Source: Epithemia pelagica
Taxonomy: Eukaryota > Protista > Bacillariophyta
Direction: 5' to 3'
Length of the DNA stretch: 64,000 bases
Assembly: GCA_946965045.2 (NCBI GenBank)
Contig: OX337228.1
Coordinates: 5,580,001 to 5,644,000, forward strand
Positions within the stretch are counted from its first letter, which is position 1. Each line of letters starts with the position of its first letter. Below, in pieces: positions 45,655 through 60,701 of this stretch. Position numbers and translations under genes: made by a program. Under the pieces are notes generated by a model. The model saw nothing but the letters and a program-made list of their open reading frames with translations, was not told the origin of the DNA and ran no database searches.

Positions 45655-45747
45655 CACGGTCGTGGGGAATCGAACCCTGGACCCTCGCATGAGAGACCAG
45701 AATCCGGCCACAGACCGCTGAGCGTCGTACCGCTCGACCAAGACTGC
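45655..45747 (-). tRNA. Degenerate tRNA-Glu(CTC)-like element with a D-region insertion (probably a pseudogene)
   Basis: A-box TGGTCGAGCGG, B-box GGTTCGATTCC, loop CTCTCAT. Acceptor, anticodon and T stems contain mismatches. Confidence 0.45.
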
Positions 45748-46106
45748 TGGTAACCCTCCTCTTTACATGTAGAACTTCGGCCGCCTATTAGTCGCAGGAT
45801 TGCCTCCTCCATTTTGAAAGATTTGTGTGGTTCGACTTTGTGCAGCAGACTTCGTGTAGAGGGTCTCCAAGTTCCAAATCCATCAAAGTTCGTCTCTCTT
45901 CGGGTGTTTCCGGACAACATCGTATCGGTGTGACGCCGCAGTTAAAGCAGACACACTGGTCAGTCATCTCTGCATCACTTGATGGGAGATCTGCTGGCTT
46001 TGAGTGTAACCCTTGTTCATTCGCAGAGACAACTCCATCTTAAGACAAGAAACACATACAACACTGTGCTTATGGAGAGGAAGCGAGAGCAGAGTTGGGA
46101 GGCGCG

Positions 46107-49029
46107 ATGATGTCAAGAAAACTGGTGAATAAGAAGAGACAAAAGGCAACGCAAAAGACGCCAAACTCAGATTCGAACGACAGTGAGAAACAACCCGCAG
46201 AGGAAGTCGGAAAGAAAGAAAATTTGAGCCCCGAAGAAGCTCAAGCGTTGGATGGAATTGATCTCTTGGATGACGAACTAGATGACGCTGATGATCTACA
46301 TCCCCATATTGGTGAGATGCCAAGCTTGGAGCCAGATGCACGAAACGATAAGAAACCAAAACGGAAGACAAAAAAAAGTAAAAGCACCAAAAAGAAGAAA
46401 ACTGTCACCAAAAACGATGAGTCGAAGAAAATCAAATCTTCTAAACCCACCAAAGACCAGAAGAAGAGGAATGAAAAACTTCTGAGAGAAGCCATTGCGG
46501 AGGCAAAGAGGGATTTCGAAGCAGATAGAGCGGCTGTTCTTGATCAGGTTCCATCTAAAGTTCAGGATATGTTTGGACAGGTCGGATTTGGTAAGTGGGG
46601 CAAGAATATGTTGCCGGTGCTGATATTGGGACCATACACAGTCCCGCCTGGACAAGCACGCGACACGTGGATGGAGATGTTTAACAAGGTACGACGGATA
46701 TCGCATTGAACGGACACTGGCAGCAGTCCAATCTCACCTCCCATTACTTTAGATGCAAGAAAATGGCCGACCTTTAGAAAAAATGCCGTACCTTGTGTTC
46801 TGGTACGGCGAGATAAACCCAAAGGACTTCTACAGCATTATCCCTCAGAGCAATTTTATCCCTTACGAAAAAGCGCCTTCGAAAATGCTGAACTATGCAA
46901 CAAAGGCGGAAGCTAAACGTGATAAGGGTGTCAAACTTGCCACGGAAGACAAACAGAAAATACGAGCAATGGAGCAGCTACAGGAAGACTTGAAAAAAGA
47001 TCCAGGAGAACGACGACAGGGGGATATTACCTTTCAAGAGGGATACCAAATGCTCACAATGCGAGATGTAGAGGAACTAATTGACGCAGAAAATGGACAG
47101 TTGTCTACGGATGAAGATGATGACGTCGTGTCGGATAAAGACGACGAAAGCATTCAATCGATGGAAAAGTCTCCTGAAGTGGAAGAAGACCTATCGGTGT
47201 TGGAAGATTCTGAGAATGAGGAACTCGACTTTGTAGAGGAGAAAAGCTCCAAAAAGAAAAAGTCTACCGGACGTCGAAAATCTACTGCAAAAGCTAGCTC
47301 TTCTTCCACAAAGAAGCGATCCGCTTCAAAAGGAGTTACCTCAATGACGAGTACAGATAATGTTGTTAGAGCGGCGGAGGAGTTGGATAAGGCTAATGAT
47401 AAAGCAGAAGAAGAGAAAGTGTCTGTTAAAAAGCGAAAGCGACCATCAAAGGTTTCATCGAAAAGCACCAGTGAGGATGGGCATATTGGAACGGGCACGA
47501 AAGGTGGCAAAACAAAACTTCGTGACAAGAAAAAGCCCAAGATTAATGCGACAGAGATAACTCATGAAGATGAAAAATCAGTTGGGGACGACGACATATC
47601 TGGTAAAGGGCCGGAAGAAGATGTAGAGCTTGATTCAGAGAGGCCAGCAAAAAAGCGCAAAAAGGGCAAGGGATCATTATCGTCTTCGGTGAAGAAAAAG
47701 AAAGGGAAGAAAGTGGCCAAGTCAGATGAAGAATATGAAATAGATGATGATGAAGAAGAAGAAGACGACGCTCGTCGATCTACTACCTCGAAATCGAAAA
47801 AGTCTCGTCGAAAGCAAGATGATCTTGAGGACAATGAACAGGTAGATGGAGATGATAGCTCGGACGAGGTGGACAAAAGGAAAAGAAAAAAGTTACGTAG
47901 GAGCCGAAATTTAGAAAATGGTGAGAATGACGCCTCAGTGGAGGAGCAGACTTCAAAGAAGTCTACCAAAAAGGCGAAAAAGCTACGACACGACGGTGAA
48001 GAGGGCAATGATGAAACAGAAACCCGCGATAAAACAATGATCGGGAATGCAGAGCTTGCCTTTCGCAAGAACGAAGAGGAATTTGAGCCCGTTCTTCGGA
48101 AGTGGCGCTCGGCCATTGAGCACAAAGCGGTGGAGGATATTGATCAGTGCTTATCAGAAATCCTGAGTGGACTGTCTACCTTGTGCGCGCGCTTCATTGA
48201 GATATACAACATTGCTTTTTACTTGAAAGAATCCAAAGCCATCTTCAAGCAACGAAAAGCAGGACTGGACCGGTACCAAGAGCTGAGAAAATCGATAAAA
48301 GAGCATTATGATGGTGCAAAGAAAAATCTGCCTTCCTTCAAACCCGTCATAAACTTTCCCGATCTTCTGTCCCCTATCAACATCGAATCTAACAGCATCG
48401 AACCAAATTCTTCACAGAAATCGAAGTCATCAGTACCCCAAAATGGCGAAGATGTAAGGACCCATGATGAAAGTGTCAGTGAAAAGGACAAGAAAGAAGC
48501 CTCGGTCTCCATTTCCAACGGGGAAGGACAAGTGCGCGATCAAATCGTTAAAGCGAAAACGCAGGATTCACATTCGACTGGAGATGTACAATCAGCGACG
48601 GACGCAAACAATAGAATTCCTAAAAAAGGTGACAAGGACCTGAACGTGACTCAGCAAGATGATTCAAATTGGATGAAATCCCTAGCGACTGTCGATACGT
48701 CGGATTCTCAAAGGCTGTTGGCCCTTGAGTTTCTGCGCGAGATGGCGTTGCATTTTCCGGACAAGGAAGTTGAGGTTGATTCTGTAGCTATTCACGTTGA
48801 AAGGGCGCTATTTTCGTGGGCAGACTCCACCGTGTCTCCAAAGTATTGGGAACGCCTCCACGTTGTAATTTCGGGTATCTGTGGGGAAGTCGAGCCCGGG
48901 CCAATAATGCGTGAGCTCCTCGAAGGAAAGATTAAGAATCCAGAGGATCTGATCAAATGTTCTGAAGAGAAGCTGAGCTCTTCTTTCTTCTCGGGAGAAG
49001 CAGGAAGAGAAGCAAGAGGTGATGAATGA
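46107..49029 (+). CDS. Lys/acidic-rich nuclear protein with a PWWP-like segment (intron 46689-46752)
   Basis: PVLILGPYTVPPG..W and PYLVFWYGE; long charged low-complexity region; helical C-terminal domain. Confidence 0.55.
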
Positions 49030-49157
49030 TAACAAGAGGGTTTCATGTTAAACCAGTGTAAATCAGTTGTTTCCGATCGCTGTGTGGGTGCAGTGGAAGT
49101 ACAAACATTGACGCCAACAATAGAATGATAGATGGTTTGTCTATGCTCGACACTACA

Positions 49158-50972
49158 CTATTTTTTATCTTGCGCCATGGCGATGGAAGTTAATAGACCA
49201 TCCAGCTCACCGGCCACGTGGAGAAGTGTTCGTTGAGCTTTCACTTCTTCTGCAACCTGCCGCCTCAGTTTCTGAAACAGCTCATCGACAATGTCGGATT
49301 GTCCAGCCAAAGCTCCATAAATATCAATGAGTCTATTTGCCACAGTCAATAGAATGCATGTATACTTGGGGTTGTTGACGTAACGAATGGTAAAACTGAG
49401 AAGAGGTTCCACCGTCTCTTCGTCTCGATTGGCCAGCGCTGTTGTTAATCCTTGTCGCCTCCCCAGTTCTTCGATAACCGCCGCAACAGACGCAGGATCC
49501 CGTGTTCTCAGCACTTCGTCAAGAGCATCACCATACCGAAACTGCTTTAGAGCCAAGTCAAATTTTTGAAGCTTCCTGCTCCTTCGAATTTCTTGTGGAA
49601 TAAAGTCCCCTACAGCCGGATCTGCGTTCATACCTCGGGTAAAGAAAGCGAAAGATCCAGCTCTAGGTTCTCTTGAGCGTTTCTTTGACACAATGCTAGG
49701 TCCTCGTTGCCGAACAAGACATGTCCCCTCAATAGTTCCCAGGGCCAGGCGGCTCTGTGTTTCACTAAAGGCCAATGCAGTTATAGCAACTGGGAAAGGA
49801 ATACCAACAAGATGCTTCAGGTATCCCGAGCTGCTATCCCAAGAATGAACACGAATCAACGCATCCAGACCGCCAGTCAATATACGCATCATGGTCTCAT
49901 CGTCTTCGTCGTTTGTTCGCGGTACTGCTACAAGCGAGGTGATTGTCTTGCGATGATGCGACAAGGTCTTGCAAACACATGCTCCAGTCAACGGGTTCCA
50001 CACTTTAATTTGCGTTCCACCAGCAGACAAAACCCAGACAGGAACATCAGGATCTGAGCTAGGCATAAGTAAAAGTGCCTCGACAGGTGATCCATGTATC
50101 AAAACAGACAAACATCGGTTCTTTTTTTCAGGGCCATCATCCGATGTCTCCAAATTCCAAATACGAAGTGAGTGATCATAGCTTCCTGTGAAAGCCAAAT
50201 CGGGATTCGGCCACTGCGATCTGGATTGAAGAGGTGCCTGCCAGAGCGCAGCGCAACGAATTGTATCTCGATGGCCCGACAACTCCATACTAGCATGTCC
50301 CCCCGACACTACGGACTCGGCGACAGACCAAACACGGGCAATGGCATCGTCTCCAGCACTTAAAATACTCTGGCCATCTCGAAACCATGAAACTGATCGA
50401 ATGGCGAGAGAGGTTGGAGATTGGAACGTGCACAAGGTGCCCCTGGTCGTTGCGTCTGAAACCCTTATTTGTCCATTATCTGTACCAACCGCAAGCAATC
50501 TTCCGTCGTGTCGATAAGCAACAGCAAGGGCGAGACTCCCTCCTGTTTGAACTTGTCGATCTGCTTCAACACCTTCTTGTTCTTTCCCTCTGTTCGAATG
50601 GTCACGAAGGACTCGATGCAATGAAGACTGTGGCGTTGTACCATAAAGTCTAACTCGAGGACCACTTGCCACAGCCATCGGACTCACATGAGAAAATGAT
50701 GGAGGCCCAAATACGACTCCATGTACAACTGCAGCTGAGCTCACGTGAAGCTTTGCCTTTCGAGGATGAGCAAAAGTCGGTGCTTTGCCAATGTATTGAC
50801 CCAAGCCAAACTTTTCTGCCCAATACCGTGATTCATGCGAATTGGCTTCCGCACCTGGGAGACTGTTCTTGAAGGAGGCAGTTGACGACCGTTTAGAACG
50901 AACATCTAGTGCTGGTTTTATGCTGTTATCCACCGGTTTCTCGGAATTGATTTCCGTAGACATCATGGTCAT
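49158..50972 (-). CDS. UTP15: U3 snoRNA-associated WD40 protein
   Basis: WD repeats (YRHDGRLLAVG, TGSYDHSLRIWN), plus the UTP15 C-terminal region LALKQFRYGDAL..ALANRDEETVEPLL. Confidence 0.88.
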   Translation of the reverse strand: MTMMSTEINSEKPVDNSIKPALDVRSKRSSTASFKNSLPGAEANSHESRYWAEKFGLGQYIGKAPTFAHPRKAKLHVSSAAVVHGVVFGPPSFSHVSPMAVASGPRVRLYGTTPQSSLHRVLRDHSNRGKEQEGVEADRQVQTGGSLALAVAYRHDGRLLAVGTDNGQIRVSDATTRGTLCTFQSPTSLAIRSVSWFRDGQSILSAGDDAIARVWSVAESVVSGGHASMELSGHRDTIRCAALWQAPLQSRSQWPNPDLAFTGSYDHSLRIWNLETSDDGPEKKNRCLSVLIHGSPVEALLLMPSSDPDVPVWVLSAGGTQIKVWNPLTGACVCKTLSHHRKTITSLVAVPRTNDEDDETMMRILTGGLDALIRVHSWDSSSGYLKHLVGIPFPVAITALAFSETQSRLALGTIEGTCLVRQRGPSIVSKKRSREPRAGSFAFFTRGMNADPAVGDFIPQEIRRSRKLQKFDLALKQFRYGDALDEVLRTRDPASVAAVIEELGRRQGLTTALANRDEETVEPLLSFTIRYVNNPKYTCILLTVANRLIDIYGALAGQSDIVDELFQKLRRQVAEEVKAQRTLLHVAGELDGLLTSIAMAQDKK

Positions 50973-51480
50973 GGTATGATATTGAGGATATTGGATGGAT
51001 ATGATCGATCCAATATATGCGACCTTTCTGCGTTCCAAATGTCATTTTGAATATTGGCAGATAGCTATGTATTACTCCCTTTGTCAAATTTAGTTCACTC
51101 CTAGCTGAGTAGGAGTGTTCCCTCACTCCTACCTTACTCCAAGCTCATTCAAACCTTTTATTTTGGGCTTGCTAATACGACAATGTCACAACAGAGATCA
51201 ACATTCATGGGCCAATTGCCTGACCCAAAACCGGCATTACAAAAGATTGCTGTCCACTCTGACATATCGACTGGAAAGTTCCATATCCTACACCCCAATT
51301 CGCACATTCTTGTCAGCTCTCGAGGACAACAGTACTTTGAGCTCGGTCCCTGAAGCCTATCGACATGGTCATGTTGCGAAGTGTGTCTCTAAGAAAACAT
51401 AGACAAGAAAGAATAAGAAAACTCGTTTGGTTTCGATCATGCATAAACTAGCAGTGGCGAGCGTTGACAAAGTCTATGAT

Positions 51481-52615
51481 TTATGAGCTACCTTTACTCT
51501 TCTTTTCACCGTCCTTTTGCGGCTTTTCACCATCCTCCTTTTTCTCTTCCTGTGTAGATTTGCTTTCATCTTTGGTAGGCTTTTGATCTGTTCCATCTTC
51601 CCCGTACCGAATCTTGTTATTGATGAGATCATGCAAGGCAATCACAGTTCGAATAATACTGGCCAGATAGATGGCCGAGAGCATGTCATTGGTCTTGACA
51701 ATCATTGACTTGACAAGACTCTCTTGGTTGAGATTGGGAAGTAGATTGACAATGGTCTGCAGGTTTGCAATGATTTCGGGATGGGGTTTCAAGTCGCCCC
51801 TTACCACAGCTTCTAGGTAGTCTTTGGCTTCTACCAACTTCTCCGTCAGCGTGGAAAGGCCCGTGACTTTGCCTTTAATCAAGGAAGTGACCGTAGGTAT
51901 GGTAGGATCATTAATGTCTCGCAACAAATGCTCCACACCAATCTCTTCTGCTTCTAATGCTCCCATTTGGCAGGGCACATGGGCAAAGGACCGTTCCACT
52001 TTCATTTGTCCATCTTTTCGGGTAACTTGTTCAATTGCCTTATAGGCAGTTACTGGCAAATCTGGTCGATCCGGTCGAATATCAATAATACAAAAGACTG
52101 GAGGGGTCAATGACGTTCTCGTAAATCGTTGAATGACATCGTATATACGCAAATCGTTGGGTCGGATACTAGGTCCTGTAGAATAAAACCCAACAACTCG
52201 TTCTTTGGTGTTGATTTTACGAAACATTCGCAACATTTTCTCAACAAAGTTATGATCCAAATAAAAGACGGCCTGATTTTACCAATGGGAGTGCAGGCAA
52301 CCGTAAGAAACAAGAGACAAGTACGCCTCTAGAGACTATACCACAAGTTCTTACCGGATTGCGAGAGTCCTCTTCGAAAGGGACTGCAAAGGAGTTGGAA
52401 GCATCTACCTTGCCTTTGGTCACATGTCCCAACAACACACCAACAACGCGCTTTCGTGTTCCTTTGGCAACCCGATGATAATGGTCCGCTGCCGACAAGA
52501 GGACTAGAGGATGCATTGTGACATCCACTGGGTCCATGACATTCGTTTTTGCCGAGGTTTCCGCCTCATCGGAAGGCGAATTGTTTTCATCTCTTTCTTG
52601 ATCGTTCCCTGCCAT
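51481..52615 (-). CDS. RPN8: 26S proteasome lid subunit RPN8/PSMD7, 2 exons
   Basis: [52 protein letters not shown]. Confidence 0.93.
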
Positions 52616-52986
52616 ATTCTCAAGTAACAAAACACAAAGTGTTCATGTCCTTGGGGTTGGTCTACCTCTTCTTGCCAAATGTCAACAGGGGAAAATCTTT
52701 TCGGATCGCGCGGTTTCGGTGCGTTGACGTCATAAACGTGAATCGGTATCATGCCACCTGCCACACCCAAGCGAGAGCGAGGGCTTCGCCTAAATGAGAC
52801 ACACGCATAAGATCATCGCTGGATTCCACACTTCGAACAATGGGAGTAAATGGCGAGACAGAAATAGGTGCCGCTGCGACCGCGACAGATCTTCTGTTAG
52901 TAGCGGCATTGTTGATTCAACCGAGTCCACAATCCTTTTGAGACCAAAAGACCAAGTCTCCCAGGTGGCAATTCTGGAAAAGCACC

Positions 52987-54210
52987 ATGTCGTCTCAGGG
53001 ACCTTACGGCCGACAAGGCTATCAATCGAATCCACAGGGATATGGTGGCGGATACGGAGGTGGCGGCTATTCAGCGCCTCCGTATGGCCAAGGTGTCGCG
53101 ACTTCGTATTCAGCTCCCGCTCCACAAGCTGGCACCTACGGCGTCGGTTCAGGCGGTGGGGGAATAGATGTGGGCGGTGGATATGGTGCCCAGCCTGTCG
53201 GCGACTATCAGGTATGGTACATTTTTTCTTGAAATCGTTTGTTGCAGCTTCCCGTACAATTCTATCCTATGATTTTCAGTCATACTCACACTTTGTTTGT
53301 TATACATTGTTGTCGTCAATATTAACAGAACGATAAATCCACTGGCGACAAAGCAAAGGGAGGAAAGAAAAGCATTGCGTTACAGGCACTGAATCAAAAT
53401 GTGTTGATCTGGGCAGGATTCTTTACTGCATCCTTGCTTGTTTATTTTATGCTTTCTGGAGGAGATTTCTCTTTCCTCATGACATATGGTGCCATGGCTC
53501 GTATGTTTGGGTTCGGAATACTTAATGTCAAGACTTTTAAGAGCCAACGAGCTTCCGGAGTTTCGGTAAAAAGTCTGCAGCTCTATGGATTGGTTTTCTT
53601 TTTCCGTCTGACATCGATCTTTCGACACGAAGGTTACTTGCCGTATGACAAGTCGGGAGACTGGCTTTATCACTTTATTGAGGGAATGTCGCTTCTTTTC
53701 ACTACGGCTGCTCTTTATGGATGTATGGTTCCGTTCAAAGGAACGTATCAGCAGGATCTTGACCAGTTTGGCGAATTCAATGTACCACCTGGTTTCGGTG
53801 CTGTATACTTGGCTGGTCCCATCTTACTCATTGCCGCGTTCATTCATCCCAATCTCAATGCTGACTTTTTGAGTGATGTGGCCTGGACGTATGCCATGTA
53901 CTTGGAGTCGAGTGCCCTCATCCCTCAGCTATACATGTTTCAAAAGCAAACCTCTGGCGTCGTAGAGTTGCTTACGGCGCACTTTGTTGCAGCCTTGGGG
54001 TTTGGTCGTTTAATGGAGTTTATGTTTTGGGTCTACAGCTACCATGAATTGGCCAGCAGTACAGGATCACGCCTCCCTGGATATCTTGCTCTATTTTCCC
54101 AGTTTGTTCAATTGGTTCTTATGATTGACTTCTTCTGGTACTACTACAAAGCCGTCCGTAGTGCAACTCCTCTGGTGCTGCCTCAACACGGTGGACTGGG
54201 GATTGTGTAG
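52987..54210 (+). CDS. ER lumen protein-retaining receptor (ERD2/KDELR)-like (intron 53212-53328)
   Basis: ASGVSVKSLQLY, WTYAMYLESSALIPQLYMFQK; 7-TM pattern. Confidence 0.82.
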
Positions 54211-54776
54211 AGAATCGTATAACAGGAAATTCCCATCTTGCAACGTCTATTTTAAAGCATCTTTCTCATAGATCTTACCTTACGAGCTCACTGGTTTCCT
54301 GTAAATGTGACTATCAGTACATCTTAGACCGCACACAATCTCAACTTAGAATTACCGTTGCTCTATTTGTGAGTATTCCCACATTCGTAAATAAACTAGT
54401 TCCCATGCAGAAGCAAAATGTCAAAATGAAGGAACCTGATCTTTTTCAGTGGGTCATGTACCCTTTCGTGATCACCAATAAGGAGGTCTCGTCGCGCCCA
54501 TTACGAATTACGAGACCCTTCAAGCAGACCTAAAGTCTGAGAGTTTGAGGTACAACGTAACGCCCAAGATCGAACTCCAAAGTTGCACAATCCAAGCAGA
54601 ATGAAGAAATGCGTGAACTATATCATCAAGAAAAGAAAAACAAGAGATTGGGAAATCAATAGCAACAAGCACAGTCTACATTTTCGTTAATGGGTTAAGC
54701 GCTGATGCCATCTACTCTATCGCACGTCCAGCGAGCAGAGCAAAACCGAAAGGCAAGAGAAGGCAAGGTAGGCAGT

Positions 54777-55630
54777 TTACACAACAGGGCCGTACAAAAG
54801 GGTTTGGACAGTAAGTCCGACAAAAGCGATCATGGCAAGACGGCAGTGGCTGCGTTGACAAAACAACAGCAAGTCAGACAACATGAACAAGTCTACACAG
54901 AGTGCCATGATTACAGTCAGTAGAATCGCAATGACTTACATGATCTCTTGTTCCTTGCGCCATTCAATTTCCTTGTCCGAAAGCTTCTTAAGAAGACCGC
55001 CTGTAAGACCAAGGTCACCAGGTTCACCCTCGCCGTAGTGCATGTTGAAAGTGGCCAATTCAGCGGCGGCGATACCAAGGAAGATTTGGACATTGACACC
55101 GAAACCAACAGTGGAAGGGGCACCGAAGATATCAGGGTTGGTGTATGCTTCACCTGGGAAGTGGATGCCTGCTTGTTGTACAACACTGCCGACAACAGCC
55201 AACATGCAGATACGTCCGTGCTTGATCTCAGCCCATCGGGCATACTTCAAGTCTGTTTGAATATCCGAGCTACACAAGTAATAAAAAATGAAACAAAAAA
55301 GTGATGTTAGGGAGTGAAGAGCAATGATGATTTTTTTGTCCCAAATTGTCACGTACAGACGCATAGGGTCGAAGCCCATGTCTCCTGGCATAGATCCGTC
55401 CAATTTCTCAGGTCGAACCAAGAACGGTATGGACTTGGACATTTCTTCGGCATTCAAGGCGACAGATCCTGAACGAGCCGACTAAATACGCAAACATCAA
55501 GAGAGATACAATGAGAAAGGCATGGTAATGAAAACTGGCAAAACCTAGGTGTCACACGCACAGTGGCCGAAGGAGAAGAGAACGCATTTGCGCCGGCAAG
55601 AAGAAGAGAGAAAACAGCGGCAGTCCTCAT
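54777..55630 (-). CDS. Light-harvesting complex protein (Lhcr/Lhcz-like), multi-exon, plastid-targeted
   Basis: Signal peptide ANA-FSS; PGDMGFDP; WAEIKHGRICMLA; last exon HCRLAMIA. Confidence 0.9.
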
Positions 55631-56154
55631 GGTTGTTGGTTCAGTTTCTTGGACTTGAGTTATCCTCTGGACGAACGATAGGGCTAAAGGATCGCGAGGA
55701 ATGCAGGTTCAACAAGTTTTGAGAAATCCCGCCTAATCTGGTTCACGAAAGACTCGTCCTAAACACCCGTGACCCGTGTCCCGGATAAAGCACGACTTGG
55801 AAAAACTATGTGTCCTTGGACAATATTCATAGGAGTAGGAGCATAGACTTCTGATAGGTTTATGATTTGTCCTATATTCAAACGACTCCTCATCCTCAGA
55901 TAGTGGAACCACTCAAAGAGAGCATGGACGATGGTCTCATTCTTCCGAGCAATCGGACGTTCTGATTTCTGTAGTCCTGATGGAAAAAGATCCTGTGAAG
56001 CGCTGCCGGACGAGTGTTTTGTTATGACCATTGCACAAGGAAAGGCATGCATGGGCATCCCCGCCGCCCACCAAGACCATGGCTGCTCAGGCAGGAACTA
56101 AAATGGTGGAACTGTACAAAGTTTGAAATAATAAAAAAGATGACTAGGAAGTTT

Positions 56155-57396
<1,242 letters not shown>

Positions 57397-58298
57397 GATA
57401 AGATATTGTTTGGGTCGAGGATGACAAAGTCCAAAGATTGTGGCCGTTAGAGTGTGGTGGAAACCAATGGCGACGGGAGTGATGGGGCCGACAATCAGAG
57501 CATTAGCCACGTCATCGAAGCACTTACTGCACGCTACATCGTCGCTTCTAGCACAGAGCGCGGGATTCATTCGGAAGCAGCCGAATTATGGCCATGATAG
57601 CGGATAAATCGCTCGTAGTCGCAGAACGAAGAACCATTATGCATGATGCACGGCTGTGTCTGTTTTTATCATTGCGTCATGGTTGTATCGCATTACGTCA
57701 TGTATTTCACCTTGGTACGTCAGCGTCAACCACCAAAATGGAGCACTTTGTATCCAGTCATTTCATGTCTCGTTTGGTTCCTCACCGTTTTTCGACATAG
57801 GAGATTTCCACGTCAATTGGATGTCTGGACTATGGAAACTCGACCTGCGCTGCGCGCCAGTCAATTATCAGACGAAAATACAAGACACAAATGCGAATTT
57901 GGAGTACTCATGACCTGTTTCCGGAGATTTCGGGAAATCTTTTCGTTTGAATGAATCTGCAGTTTTTACGAAATAAAGTTTGGTTTTTCCACTTTTTCAT
58001 TCCGATTGGTTCTGAACCCATTGAGGGTTGCCAAGGATTCACTGGGAAAAATATCGTGGAATCTGCCGAATCTTTTTATTTTTAGAGGATCGGTGTGGAT
58101 GGGCAGCGACACTTCCATGATAGCAAACTGTGCAGTAGTGAGTAGTATGACGTATCGTATCCCGTCATCACGTTTGGCCGATCACGTGATCTCCCGCGTC
58201 GGTCGAAAATCTGCGATCATTGCCAACGATTCTCGAGTGTTGGTCATTCCGGCAATTGATTCCATTTGAATTGAAGAGAGTAGTAGACATTCATCATC

Positions 58299-60252
<1,954 letters not shown>

Positions 60253-60701
60253 ATAAACTTTATTCCCCACGATGTTGGGTATTGTCCGCATAGTGTTGCC
60301 TGACAGAAGCAACATATGGTTTAGATCAAATCATTTTGAATGAATAATCCACTCTCACATACCCAACGTATAGTAGCAGTTCTAAGATAAATCACCCTCA
60401 TCAATATACATTTTCATGCTACACCTATGGCAAACTGTTTAAAGATGGAAGATATCATGCTCCCGCTTATTCCAATGTGGTGTCAGGTTATCAATAGATG
60501 TGAGTTTATAGTAGACCCAACATAGTGTTATGCGCCTATACCTGATTGTGCTTGGATATCCAACAATGGGATTGGAAGGCAACACTCGACCATACCATTG
60601 AAAGTTTCTTCCAAAGTAACTTTCCAGGGGAGTGTTTCATTGTCGGCATTCCACTTGGAGACATACAGGTGAATGACATTTCATTCGTTGCGAGTTATCC
60701 G

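Noticed and set aside
45010-45920. 244-aa and 82-aa minus-strand ORFs
   Set aside because: The longer one reads through the tRNA-like element and neither has motifs; a small real gene cannot be excluded.
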